Source: a virus. From it: a stretch of DNA of 64,000 nt. Shown here in pieces: positions 37,199-46,590 of the stretch. Location of the stretch: positions 67,938 through 131,937 of IMG/VR virus record IMGVR_UViG_3300045988_114508; one strand, 5' to 3'. How positions within the stretch are numbered: position 1 is the first letter of the stretch; every line of letters begins with the position of its first letter. The notes beneath the pieces were generated by a model. The model was not told the origin of the DNA and ran no database searches. It saw only the letters and a program-made list of their open reading frames with translations. Made by a program: the position numbers and the translations under genes.

Positions 37199-37490
37199 CT
37201 TTTGTATCCGATTTGGATCCCCTATTAGCTTTTACTGATTTATACCTAAGACCGTTCTTAGTATGAGAACAATCCTTGCCTTTCCTCCAGCCCTTACCCT
37301 TCTTCTTGTCCGTTTCGTAGTTTTTACGACCAAGCTCTCGGCGTTTGGCTTTCTGTTCTGGTCTGGCATTTATCTCCTTGTCCTTTTTAGCCTTTTTCTT
37401 CCTGGCTTCGGGATGAGTCCTGTAGTACTCTGTCGATCTACCCATGTGCTTATATTTTTTTTTGATGAATAATAGCACAAAGATAGGCAA
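37167..37490 (-). CDS. highly basic Lys/Arg-rich small protein (107 aa)
   Basis: ~40% K/R (KKKAKKDKEINARPEQKAKRRELGRK...); 3' end overlaps the dnaB-like start by 32 nt. Confidence 0.4.
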   Translation of the reverse strand: MPIFVLLFIKKKYKHMGRSTEYYRTHPEARKKKAKKDKEINARPEQKAKRRELGRKNYETDKKKGKGWRKGKDCSHTKNGLRYKSVKANRGSKSDTKGDKNARGDSK

Positions 37491-37498
37491 TTCGCGCC

Positions 37499-38065
37499 CT
37501 ATTTCAACCTGCCGTAGCTCATATCAGGATCACACCAGACATACCCGTCTTTCTCATCATGAAGATACTCAGGACATCCTCTACATGCGCTACTTCCTGA
37601 CACTATTTGATTGTTCTTATTAGGGCACTTATCTCCAGGCTTATGCCATTCTATTCTCGAACCTGATCGCTCTTTGTTTACATGACAGAATTGAAATACT
37701 TTTCCCATCGTCTTCTCGCCAAACATACCTATATGTGTGTATTCTTCCGGTATAGAGAGAAATTCAGATAAATCTTTATACATCCTTTCCCGTTCCTCCG
37801 GCGTAGACCATAGTCTGTCAAGTTCGGCATGGACTCTTATCTTAAGAGATCTCAGTGATGGCCCCGCAAGCCGGCCTTTAGCTTTTCCCTTATTCGGCCC
37901 TGATTCATGAACACCGACATAAGCGTTGCATGGTTTACACATCATAACCATCCCTAAGCCTTTTCTGCTATATATTTTATCGGCATTTACCAGCTCAGTC
38001 TCTCTTCCGCAATAAGGACAAATTTCGCCTCTTAAAACCCGTTGTTGGCGCTCATTAAGTTCCAT
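37499..38065 (-). CDS. Zn-ribbon protein (188 aa)
   Basis: CPYCG...CKPCN and CRGCPEY...C pairs. Confidence 0.5.
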   Translation of the reverse strand: MELNERQQRVLRGEICPYCGRETELVNADKIYSRKGLGMVMMCKPCNAYVGVHESGPNKGKAKGRLAGPSLRSLKIRVHAELDRLWSTPEERERMYKDLSEFLSIPEEYTHIGMFGEKTMGKVFQFCHVNKERSGSRIEWHKPGDKCPNKNNQIVSGSSACRGCPEYLHDEKDGYVWCDPDMSYGRLK

Positions 38066-38307
38066 ACCCTATTCTTTTGTTTTTCTTTAAACTTTTCATA
38101 CAAACTGCTTTCAGTTTCCATTTCCGAAACCTCTACCTCTACGTCCTCTCTTTTGAAAATTACTTTCTTGGCTGTCGGATACGCGCATTTAGAGATACGA
38201 ATAGCATTGCGAATAGCGTAAACAAAATACGTTTCTGGTGACGATTCGATCACCACTACCTCATTTAAAGTGTTTTTGTAATTTTCCATATTATCTACTT
38301 GCTTCAA
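38032..38307 (-). CDS. hypothetical protein (91 aa)
   Basis: ORF. Confidence 0.4.
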   Translation of the reverse strand: MKQVDNMENYKNTLNEVVVIESSPETYFVYAIRNAIRISKCAYPTAKKVIFKREDVEVEVSEMETESSLYEKFKEKQKNRVWNLMSANNGF

Positions 38308-38644
38308 TTATATAACCCGGATGATCTTCGCACGCCTCTTTATATTCGATAAGAAACTTAAGAAATGAATCATAAGACCCCCATCCATTTTCTGGCTCGT
38401 ATTTCAAAAGACTTTTTCTCTTGGAGATCATAATACATATACCTTTTGTAAGTACATTCTTCATCTCATTGGTATATATTTCTCTATACAATTCTTCTGG
38501 TCTCCAAACATAATCGTATAATGTTTCTTTGTTTTTCGATACGAATATTTTTTGTGCCATCTTGTTCATGTTGTGGGTGATGTTTGCAACCCATCTATAA
38601 TCCTCTTCTTTCTTCTTACTTTTAATATAAACGTCCAGGCTCAT
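38291..38644 (-). CDS. hypothetical protein (117 aa)
   Basis: ORF. Confidence 0.45.
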   Translation of the reverse strand: MSLDVYIKSKKKEEDYRWVANITHNMNKMAQKIFVSKNKETLYDYVWRPEELYREIYTNEMKNVLTKGICIMISKRKSLLKYEPENGWGSYDSFLKFLIEYKEACEDHPGYIIEASR

Positions 38645-39635
38645 ACTGTTTTTCTTTTACCTTATTACTAATTATCAAATCTGCCACATCATCTCCGTCT
38701 CCTACATTTTCAACATTTTGAAGATAGTCCGATACTTTTATCCTTGACTTCATCATCATCCCATCTATCTTTTTACTCCATGTGTCAAATGCTTGTCCTT
38801 TGTCCGGAAAAGCTACAGTCTTTCTATCTTTTAAAACATCTATAACTTCCGGTCTTAGATTCTGCAACCCACCGGTAGCCACAAATAACTCATCTGGTTT
38901 ATTCACAGCGCATATAATAGCCGTCTTTTCTGATTCCACCAAATTAACTACCTTATCTGGATACTGGCTTAGAAGATGTTCTCCAAACAGGCATTGTCTA
39001 AACAAGAAGTCTCTTGCATGTAACGAGTGATAAAACATAACATGAGGCCGCTCATTGTCACCGTCTTTTTCCTTCACTCTTTTTACATCAATCTCATTCC
39101 CCTGGCTGTCGGTCTTTATATAAAAGTCCATGATCTTTCCGGTTCTACATACAAAATCTTTGTCTATCTGCCAGAATACACAACATCCTTTCCATCCCCA
39201 TAAGTCCATTGTTCCGACATGATACCTTCTGAACACATCAGATACCCTTTCTTTTCCCCATAGAGACGATAAAAATCTAAATACAGTATTTCTATCATCT
39301 GGAACTACAGTCCTCTCAAACTCGCTAAAAGGTATGTAATTTACAACGTCAGGATTTACAGGAGGACGATAAGCTCTTATACACTTATTTCCCGAAATCC
39401 AAAGATCTTTGTCACCTACATCCTTGCCGGTAGGCCGTTTATCATAACCGCAAGTCCGTTCATGATCGCATCTCCCGAACTCATTTCCAACTACCTGACC
39501 TGTTGCCACATCAATATAAGGAGTGAGGCATCGGCTTTTCCCGCAAGCCGGGCAGGTTAGCTTCAGTCGGCTCCTGCCAGGTCTGCGGTCAAGTTGAAAC
39601 CGAGGTACGTTTTCGTATTTTCTAAAATCAAGCAT
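38622..39635 (-). CDS. DNA primase, DnaG-type Toprim with N-terminal Zn-finger
   Basis: Zn-binding CPACGKSRC...GRCDHERTCGY; Toprim VVNLVESEKTAIICAV (degenerate EGxxD), VATGGLQN, D-x-D segment VAFPDKGQAF. Confidence 0.65.
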   Translation of the reverse strand: MLDFRKYENVPRFQLDRRPGRSRLKLTCPACGKSRCLTPYIDVATGQVVGNEFGRCDHERTCGYDKRPTGKDVGDKDLWISGNKCIRAYRPPVNPDVVNYIPFSEFERTVVPDDRNTVFRFLSSLWGKERVSDVFRRYHVGTMDLWGWKGCCVFWQIDKDFVCRTGKIMDFYIKTDSQGNEIDVKRVKEKDGDNERPHVMFYHSLHARDFLFRQCLFGEHLLSQYPDKVVNLVESEKTAIICAVNKPDELFVATGGLQNLRPEVIDVLKDRKTVAFPDKGQAFDTWSKKIDGMMMKSRIKVSDYLQNVENVGDGDDVADLIISNKVKEKQYEPGRLY

Positions 39636-39978
39636 TTTTAACTCCTCTCATTGCCTCTATGATTCTATCTGCTATAGTTATAGACCATGACACCACATCT
39701 GGTACATATACTCCGCAATCTATTTCACCTTTTCTATTTTGTGCTTTAACAAACTCAATAGAATAAGCTTTAACAAGATCGAATCTACGTTGTTCCCAGT
39801 CTACATCTTTGTTTTCGTCATTTACAGGAAGGGTATCGAGATAAAAATTTAAACTCTCACTTATTACATTCCCATTATCACCATAGAACTGTATTCTGTC
39901 ATGGTCGCTTCTTGTAGTTGAGCTACTAAAGGTGATTACGTCTATTATCTCTCCTGTTCTTCTAATTTTTCTCTTCAT
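39628..39978 (-). CDS. hypothetical protein (116 aa)
   Basis: ORF. Confidence 0.45.
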   Translation of the reverse strand: MKRKIRRTGEIIDVITFSSSTTRSDHDRIQFYGDNGNVISESLNFYLDTLPVNDENKDVDWEQRRFDLVKAYSIEFVKAQNRKGEIDCGVYVPDVVSWSITIADRIIEAMRGVKNA

Positions 39979-40208
39979 ACTCTTCTTGTATTTCTGACCA
40001 GTATAGGCATTGTTACATTAACAGTCTTGCCATATTTCTCGTAAGATGTGAGTATGCATATTGCATACTTATCCCCTATTTTCAAATCTTTCGATAATCT
40101 TAATCTTGAACCCCTTTTGATGTTAATAAAATAATCACCAAAAGGATTGATACATATCGGTTTTACGATTTCCACGTAATCTCCTTTAGGAATAACAATA
40201 TCACTCAT
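39975..40208 (-). CDS. hypothetical protein (77 aa)
   Basis: ORF. Confidence 0.4.
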   Translation of the reverse strand: MSDIVIPKGDYVEIVKPICINPFGDYFINIKRGSRLRLSKDLKIGDKYAICILTSYEKYGKTVNVTMPILVRNTRRV

Positions 40209-41521
40209 ATTACGAATCTTTTAGACATTTCCTCAGCAATATCATATACAACAATATGATCCTCTTCATTGTACGGCTTATTAATATTCAGCACTCCTTT
40301 TCTAATTTTGAACTTCTTATCTTTTCTAAGGTGATTCAACATCCCTTGTTGGAATACGCAGTCCGCCTTTTCAAGTGCTATACTGTCTTCTGTCCATTCT
40401 TTCAGCGTATATCCTTTGCTGCTCGTGCTTTTTGGAGAAAAGTTCATAATACGTGCATCAATCCCATACCATGCTTTAACCATTCTTCTTTCAGCTTCTA
40501 ATTGAAATGCGTATGATTCCCATATTCCCCCTGATTTAAAGTCGAGAATAACCACTTCTTCCTTCTCCACTTCTCTTACCTCCTTCTTCGGATCACCTTT
40601 CTTAAACTGCCCTGTGGCCCTTTGATACACGGCTCCAAAATAACCTTCTTCTTTGTATTTGAATGTCATTTTCACCATAGCATCTATCGGCGTAGCTACC
40701 AAATAGTCCTCTAATGACAATATTCTTTCAATCATCATCGGCTTAACCTTATACTCCGAACAAAATTTGGCAAACTTCATAACTCTGACAATCATATCGT
40801 CAAGATCATCTATGCTGTTAAAAAATCGGTCAAGATTTTTCTTCGATATCTTCAGCTTACCTTCTTGTACGGTCTTAACTATAAAACTTCGATTTAAAAC
40901 CATATCTCTACCTGTTAGGTACAATCCGTATAAGTAGTGCATGATCGTTCCCTTATCAGCTTCATACTGCGCCACCTCTTCCGGATTGCGACCAAGCATC
41001 TTCATCTCTTGCTTCCATTCCTGAAGTGCGGTCTTATCATCTACATACCCATCTTTGATTAAAGTTGTTACTGAAGCATATATCTTGGCCGTCCCATCAT
41101 CCATCTTCCTTACATAAAAACGATTATCGTCTAATGTCAATCTTACGAATTTGGGAGTCTCAATCTTCTTTAACTCATCACAGATATAAAATGGTTCTAA
41201 CGTTTCCTGATTTTCTGTAAACGGATTCGAATCCTCTTCTCCAGGGTTAGGAGCCGCTTCCTTTGTCGGAGCTTCCGGTTCCTCTCCCTGGGCCTGCTCT
41301 GGCTCAGGCGCCGGCTCTTTAACTACTGGAACCTGTCCGCCTCTTTCTGCTATGTCTTTATTCTTTATCAAAGACATAACTTCCTTTTTCAATTGTTCTG
41401 GTGTTTGATTAGGATCTGATACCGACATCACAACATCGTTCATCCTAAACAACGTATTTCCTTCTCCTCCTACCATAGGCACAAACCCTAAATCTGTCAA
41501 TATTTTTATTTTCTCTTTCAT
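40205..41521 (-). CDS. PD-(D/E)XK-family nuclease (recombination exonuclease candidate) with acidic Pro/Glu-rich N-terminal linker
   Basis: C-terminal VVILDFKSGG (Cas4/RecB motif III (I/V)DYK(T/S)G-like) preceded by ATPIDAMVKM; N-terminal low-complexity PAPEPEQAQGEEPEAP. Confidence 0.5.
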   Translation of the reverse strand: MKEKIKILTDLGFVPMVGGEGNTLFRMNDVVMSVSDPNQTPEQLKKEVMSLIKNKDIAERGGQVPVVKEPAPEPEQAQGEEPEAPTKEAAPNPGEEDSNPFTENQETLEPFYICDELKKIETPKFVRLTLDDNRFYVRKMDDGTAKIYASVTTLIKDGYVDDKTALQEWKQEMKMLGRNPEEVAQYEADKGTIMHYLYGLYLTGRDMVLNRSFIVKTVQEGKLKISKKNLDRFFNSIDDLDDMIVRVMKFAKFCSEYKVKPMMIERILSLEDYLVATPIDAMVKMTFKYKEEGYFGAVYQRATGQFKKGDPKKEVREVEKEEVVILDFKSGGIWESYAFQLEAERRMVKAWYGIDARIMNFSPKSTSSKGYTLKEWTEDSIALEKADCVFQQGMLNHLRKDKKFKIRKGVLNINKPYNEEDHIVVYDIAEEMSKRFVI

Positions 41522-41703
41522 GATCTTCCTCTAATTAATTCTTCTTTAATACAATGTAACACCGTTTCCACTTCATCCTTATCTCTATCTTTCACTTCGA
41601 TAGCTATATCCTTACCATAACTCTCTCTTTGTATGTGAGCATAAAAGATAGTTTCATCGTCAGCTTCTATTCTTATTTTATAAAGTTTTCTCATATCTGT
41701 CAA
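41518..41703 (-). CDS. hypothetical protein (61 aa)
   Basis: ORF. Confidence 0.35.
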   Translation of the reverse strand: MTDMRKLYKIRIEADDETIFYAHIQRESYGKDIAIEVKDRDKDEVETVLHCIKEELIRGRS

Positions 41704-42193
41704 TTATTTCAATAATTAATCTACCTCTTTCTTTAATCATTCCCCTGCTTTCCATATCCAGCACCTTCTTTACCGCATACTTCCATACAAAAGGAAATTC
41801 TGTTTCAAGTTTATCAAATTCCATCCGGTCAAGATACATGTCGAATACCGTATGCTCCGATTCATGTAGGAAAACTATATTATCTCTGCAAGTGGCAACC
41901 GACTTATATATCCTTTTTGGAAGTATGTGACATACGTTACATACTGTAGGAAAATGAATAGCCCTACCAGTCATAGACATCCGAATACTATTCAGCTCTT
42001 CCAGCATAAGACGAAAAAACCCGGATAAATCCGGGCTCTCTAACTTTTTCTTCTTGTTGCTGTTTTTAATGGATGTAATTCTGTTTTTTTTCTTCGGAGT
42101 CAACTCTTTGCTCCTGCAAGCCTGGCATAAGCCATGACTTCTTATCATCACTTTTCGTCCGCATTTTTCGCAGACGTACAATTTCTTTTCCAC
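41678..42193 (-). CDS. Zn-finger / HNH-like putative endonuclease (NinG-like)
   Basis: N-terminal CEKCG...CQAC ribbon; CNVCHILPKRIY...NIVFLHESEH consistent with an HNH core. Confidence 0.4.
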   Translation of the reverse strand: MEKKLYVCEKCGRKVMIRSHGLCQACRSKELTPKKKNRITSIKNSNKKKKLESPDLSGFFRLMLEELNSIRMSMTGRAIHFPTVCNVCHILPKRIYKSVATCRDNIVFLHESEHTVFDMYLDRMEFDKLETEFPFVWKYAVKKVLDMESRGMIKERGRLIIEIIDRYEKTL

Positions 42194-42378
42194 TTTTTGT
42201 ATTTAGATACAAGCGATATAGTTGAAAAGGACAACGCCGTTAAAGACAACGTATATGGTAAGTTCATTAACCATCTTGGTACCTCTTCTGTCTTAATCAC
42301 TATCAGCAAAGTAGCACCTGCTACTACCAATAATACAATTGCTGTCGCAAGTGCTACACGGGAAACAACATCACTCAT
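42148..42378 (-). CDS. small membrane protein (76 aa)
   Basis: TM helix ALATAIVLLVVAGATLLIVI. Confidence 0.35.
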   Translation of the reverse strand: MSDVVSRVALATAIVLLVVAGATLLIVIKTEEVPRWLMNLPYTLSLTALSFSTISLVSKYKKWKRNCTSAKNADEK

Positions 42379-42841
42379 CAGTTTTCTTTTCTCCCAATTT
42401 TTCTACGCCTTTTTGCAGATCGTATTTAAATACTTCAATGATTTTCGTTTCTGCAATAGACTCACAATTCCAGTCTCCTAACGTGCCCTGCATACCTTTA
42501 GTTAACACAGCTTCGGCGTCTTTAGGATTGCCGGCCTGGACATACATATAGCATGGTGTTTTCTTTTCTTTGCCTTTCTTTTCATTCAGTGTAATGTAAT
42601 TCACCTTACACTTATACCAGTACTCAGCTTCTCCGTTGAAGAAGATTTCCGACACTTTAATAGGATTTATTTTAACAATGTCGAACACTTGAAATAAATC
42701 CTTGAAAATCTCTAAAGATCTTGATTCTGCCTCTGTATAAGATAAGGCATCTACCAAATACTTTTCAGTTACTTTCTTTTTTTTGCCGTTCTCGATATTA
42801 TCAATCTCGGCTTTTACCGTAATTTCAAACCAGCGATTCAT
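42371..42841 (-). CDS. hypothetical protein (156 aa)
   Basis: ORF. Confidence 0.5.
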   Translation of the reverse strand: MNRWFEITVKAEIDNIENGKKKKVTEKYLVDALSYTEAESRSLEIFKDLFQVFDIVKINPIKVSEIFFNGEAEYWYKCKVNYITLNEKKGKEKKTPCYMYVQAGNPKDAEAVLTKGMQGTLGDWNCESIAETKIIEVFKYDLQKGVEKLGEKKTDE

Positions 42842-42852
42842 TGTATTAATAT

Positions 42853-43107
42853 TTAATTAGTTGATTTCTTTCCTTTCTCTATACTATTTTTAAATCTTTC
42901 AGAACACCACTGCAAAACGTCCATCATCATCATTTCATTATTAGATAAGATGCCTTTTATAACTAACGCCAATTGATACTGTGACATTCTTTGGCTCATA
43001 TCAAATCTTCTTTCCTCTTCATTTACTATCGTAGCCACGAAATACTTACACCCCTCTAAGTGCGTCAGGGCTTCAATCATAGCTTCTTTTATCTCTTTTT
43101 CTTCCAT
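42853..43107 (-). CDS. hypothetical protein (84 aa)
   Basis: ORF. Confidence 0.4.
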   Translation of the reverse strand: MEEKEIKEAMIEALTHLEGCKYFVATIVNEEERRFDMSQRMSQYQLALVIKGILSNNEMMMMDVLQWCSERFKNSIEKGKKSTN

Positions 43108-43182
43108 TCTGTTTGTTTTTTTTTGGACAAAGATATGTCTTTTGATAATAAAAAAGATTCAAAATGATTTAATTTAGCTTAA

Positions 43183-43851
43183 TTACTGCTCTTTTGATTC
43201 GTCCGGTATAGGCATGTCAAACTTTTTTCTGATAAACGACTCTGTTTCTTCATTGAATGGATAGGCCTCCTTGATAAAATTCATAGCTACCTCCATGTCA
43301 CCGTCTGCTATATCTTTATACCTTTCAAAGATACCAACCAGGTCATTGTTGTATGAACGTTCTTGTTTTATGTTGTACACGTATTTCAATACCCTGTCTT
43401 TGATTTCATTGGCTTTTTTCACAGTATCATTGAAAGAATTTATACTTTCCAATTCTGGATCTTTGTTTTCCTTGTTTACCTTATCAAACTCTTCCTTGCT
43501 ATATCCCGCTTCTCCTGTAATGGCTGGGCAAACACTTCCATTTATGATCCAAAACTGCTCATACGATCCTATCAGAAACCTTGATTCTATTTTAAATGCA
43601 TTATATTTAACAAGCAAATTAGCCACCTCTGTTGCACCTTCTATGGTTCTAAAACCGATGCCGATATCTTTTAATATAAATACTGGAACTCCAGTTCTTG
43701 GATACACGACTTCTTTTTTGTTCTTTATATTCCAGTTTTTAGCTTCAATTGGAATACCTTTACCAGCAAGCTCTTTGTCTATATACAGATATATCTCTTT
43801 GCATGTCAATGACACAATCTCATCTCTGCTTAAATCAAAAACTGTTTTCAT
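43183..43851 (-). CDS. hypothetical protein (222 aa)
   Basis: ORF. Confidence 0.5.
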   Translation of the reverse strand: MKTVFDLSRDEIVSLTCKEIYLYIDKELAGKGIPIEAKNWNIKNKKEVVYPRTGVPVFILKDIGIGFRTIEGATEVANLLVKYNAFKIESRFLIGSYEQFWIINGSVCPAITGEAGYSKEEFDKVNKENKDPELESINSFNDTVKKANEIKDRVLKYVYNIKQERSYNNDLVGIFERYKDIADGDMEVAMNFIKEAYPFNEETESFIRKKFDMPIPDESKEQ

Positions 43852-44051
43852 TTCTTTTTATTTATTAAATTAAACAATCTACCTCTTTGTTCGGGCTCCG
43901 TATATTCAACCCATATATCGGCTGCCACATTTCTAAGAAATTCCATAAAGTCTTGATGATCCCTGTATTCAGCAGAATCAACTTTTCTCACAAAACTTAG
44001 AATTTCCTTTAACATCTTATTGTTTTCTTCAAGAAGTTCTCTGTCGGTCAT
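43848..44051 (-). CDS. hypothetical protein (67 aa)
   Basis: ORF. Confidence 0.4.
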   Translation of the reverse strand: MTDRELLEENNKMLKEILSFVRKVDSAEYRDHQDFMEFLRNVAADIWVEYTEPEQRGRLFNLINKKK

Positions 44052-44171
44052 AACCTTTCATATTTTCTTCTTAAGTCTTTACCTGCCCAGATATCATGAT
44101 CTTTTTCTTGTTCTTGATAAATCTTTGCTGCTTTTTCAATATCTTCTCTTTTCATAATTTTATACTTTAAT

Positions 44172-44420
44172 CTAACCTCCAATAAAATCATCGGGAGTTA
44201 TATATCCTACTGATTCCATACGGTCTATAATCTCATTCGCATTCATTTCTGAACCATTCCATTCAAGTATGATTTCATTTCCTGAAGCCATGCTCAAATT
44301 AGGCTCATTATCTCTAAATCCTGAGAAAGCAAGATGTTTCCAAATGGATTGCAGTGCAAGGTCCGCTTCGTTTTGTTTGTTTTCTGCTTTCTTTATGGCA
44401 TTTCTTAATTTTTTATTCAT
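44172..44420 (-). CDS. hypothetical protein (~82 aa from internal ATG; track ORF extends to 44507)
   Basis: internal Met start gives exact abutment with the upstream gene. Confidence 0.35.
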   Translation of the reverse strand: MNKKLRNAIKKAENKQNEADLALQSIWKHLAFSGFRDNEPNLSMASGNEIILEWNGSEMNANEIIDRMESVGYITPDDFIGG

Positions 44421-44422
44421 TA

Positions 44423-44683
44423 TCACCCCCTTTCTTCTTCGCATGGGAGCAAGTCCTCGATGTATGCCCAGCGCAAAATCTTGTTGTAATAGCAAGATTT
44501 TACCCATTCATATTCAGAACGCCAATCAATACAAATGCAGACATTTCCGTCTATATCCATGTGTTCAACCAAACAATCCTTTCCTGGTTCAGCTATGTCA
44601 CTCGGTTTGTGCCATACGCTGTTAATGCGCCACTCTGCACCAGCTTTAAAAAGAGGAACAGCATATTCTATATCTTGTTTCAT
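44423..44683 (-). CDS. hypothetical protein (86 aa)
   Basis: ORF. Confidence 0.4.
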   Translation of the reverse strand: MKQDIEYAVPLFKAGAEWRINSVWHKPSDIAEPGKDCLVEHMDIDGNVCICIDWRSEYEWVKSCYYNKILRWAYIEDLLPCEEERG

Positions 44684-44727
44684 GTCTTATTATTGTTTAA
44701 TTAATTTAAATATTTTTAGTTTTGAAA

Positions 44728-44973
44728 TTATTTAATATGCTTATCGGCTGGATTGATTATCAATCCATCGTCACATGAAGGGAATGATATGTTAGATTCT
44801 CCATTATCAAGATTAGTCAATTTAACCGTTCCAGCATATTCATCATCCACAAAAAACAATTGACCCGAAGAAACCACAAACCTGCATTGATATGCATTCA
44901 TCATTGTCCCAAGTTGTCTAATCTTAGTTTTAATCTCTAAAAGTTGAGCGTTGTTGATTATATTCTTATTCAT
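44728..44973 (-). CDS. hypothetical protein (81 aa)
   Basis: ORF. Confidence 0.4.
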   Translation of the reverse strand: MNKNIINNAQLLEIKTKIRQLGTMMNAYQCRFVVSSGQLFFVDDEYAGTVKLTNLDNGESNISFPSCDDGLIINPADKHIK

Positions 44974-44984
44974 ATTTTATTAAA

Positions 44985-45120
44985 GTTTATCTATTATTTT
45001 GTCACCCATTTCCTGCCATTCATCACTCACGCTTATAACCAATCCTATGACAGTGAATGATAATAACAACGTAAAAATAAGCCATAACAGAAAGCAGATA
45101 AAAACACATACATACCTCAT
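44985..45120 (-). CDS. small hydrophobic membrane peptide (~45 aa; below the 60-aa track cutoff)
   Basis: ATG at 45120 (minus strand); MRYVCVFICFLLWLIFTLLLSFTVIGLVISV... Confidence 0.25.
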
Positions 45121-45126
45121 GATTTT

Positions 45127-45873
45127 TTAGTTGTTAGATAAAAGCAAAATCGGTTCATTTGACTCCGCAATTGCTTTTATTTGTTCTGGATTGATAAAAC
45201 TCTTGACTTGTTCACTTATCTTACAAATAGATTTGATCATATCAACGAATAATTTCGAGGTACATTCGTTACATTCCACTTCCATTACCGGTTTATGTCT
45301 ATTGTATGATATACTTACTACACAATTCAGCCAGTGTGTATAAGTTCCTTTTTCTGTACTTAATCTATCGTATTCTACTTTTGTCTCTCCATTTCCATAT
45401 TCAATTACTCTTTTTAGAAATGGTTTTGCATAAATACTAAAACCGAAAGGTTGGGCATTTAAAGCATCTAAACGAGAAGTTCCCTCTCGCCATTCTCCGT
45501 TTTCACCACTCTCTGTCCATTCCTTAGAGGGGTTAGGGATAATATTTCCGTTTTTGTCATAGGAAAACATGCAATTCGTTTCCAGTTGATACTTAATAAC
45601 AGGCACTTCTTCTACTATTTTATAACTTAAACATCTCTTCAGAACTTCCCTGATTTGACTTTCCAAATCAGAAAGTGCTATACTATTGAAATATCCTTCG
45701 TTGCCTAATCTGTTTGTAGGTAATTTGATCCTATAAGAATGAATCTTATCCACATCTTCTTTTGACAATGTAGTGGTAAACACTCCTTCTTTGGTGACAT
45801 TCACTTTAATAGTTACAGACAAACTGTTATTAGCGTTCTTTTCCGTTATATTTAGTGTTGTTAATGCTGCCAT
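45127..45873 (-). CDS. hypothetical protein (248 aa)
   Basis: ORF. Confidence 0.5.
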   Translation of the reverse strand: MAALTTLNITEKNANNSLSVTIKVNVTKEGVFTTTLSKEDVDKIHSYRIKLPTNRLGNEGYFNSIALSDLESQIREVLKRCLSYKIVEEVPVIKYQLETNCMFSYDKNGNIIPNPSKEWTESGENGEWREGTSRLDALNAQPFGFSIYAKPFLKRVIEYGNGETKVEYDRLSTEKGTYTHWLNCVVSISYNRHKPVMEVECNECTSKLFVDMIKSICKISEQVKSFINPEQIKAIAESNEPILLLSNN

Positions 45874-45891
45874 AATCAGATCTTTTTAAAA

Positions 45892-46143
45892 TCAATTTGA
45901 ATAAATATAATGCATTCCTGCTTCATATACCTTATGTACATCAGGGTCATTCTTGTCTTCCGGTTCCAATTCACTCTCTTCACAAGTATAATCCCATTCA
46001 GAGTTGTAGTACATATCCTCGTCTGTTTTCTCCAAGGAACAATCTTTCATTAGATTCATATTTTCTCCCCATACTGCAACTTCTTGTCGTTGCTCTTCTT
46101 CCGTCATAAGGGATATTTTGTCTTTCAATTCTTTCCAGGTCAT
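45892..46143 (-). CDS. hypothetical acidic protein (83 aa)
   Basis: ORF. Confidence 0.4.
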   Translation of the reverse strand: MTWKELKDKISLMTEEEQRQEVAVWGENMNLMKDCSLEKTDEDMYYNSEWDYTCEESELEPEDKNDPDVHKVYEAGMHYIYSN

Positions 46144-46167
46144 GATTTTTAAAAGATGATTAATAGT

Positions 46168-46590
46168 TTATTCTACATCAAAAAGTTGATCTAACACCAA
46201 TAATTCGGCATCCATGTCTTCATCTTTCGGGAAACGAACTTTTATATTTCCAAACTTAGATGTCTTAAACAAGATGTAGGGGTTCATATCTTCGGCAGTC
46301 ACCGGCTTATACTCCTTAACTTCCGACATCTTGAGATACCAGTCACCTATTTTTACAAACCCAGAAAAGATAGAACACAGATGCGCTTTTACAGACTGTA
46401 TCTCCTTTTTATCTTTGAAAGGTATAATTTCGTCCTTTCCCCTTATCTTGATTGACAGAAAAGGACGAATGTTATCTGTTTCATTTTGGAACTTGAAGCC
46501 TGTTATAGCTTGCTTGGGGATTCTTCTTCCCATTAATATGAAATAAGCCATTGCGATAAGTTTATGTAAAATAGTATATAATTGTTTCAA
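46168..46590 (-). CDS. hypothetical protein (140 aa), contiguous downstream partner of the ABC-type ATPase
   Basis: start codon directly abuts the ATPase stop (46590/46591). Confidence 0.5.
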   Translation of the reverse strand: MKQLYTILHKLIAMAYFILMGRRIPKQAITGFKFQNETDNIRPFLSIKIRGKDEIIPFKDKKEIQSVKAHLCSIFSGFVKIGDWYLKMSEVKEYKPVTAEDMNPYILFKTSKFGNIKVRFPKDEDMDAELLVLDQLFDVE

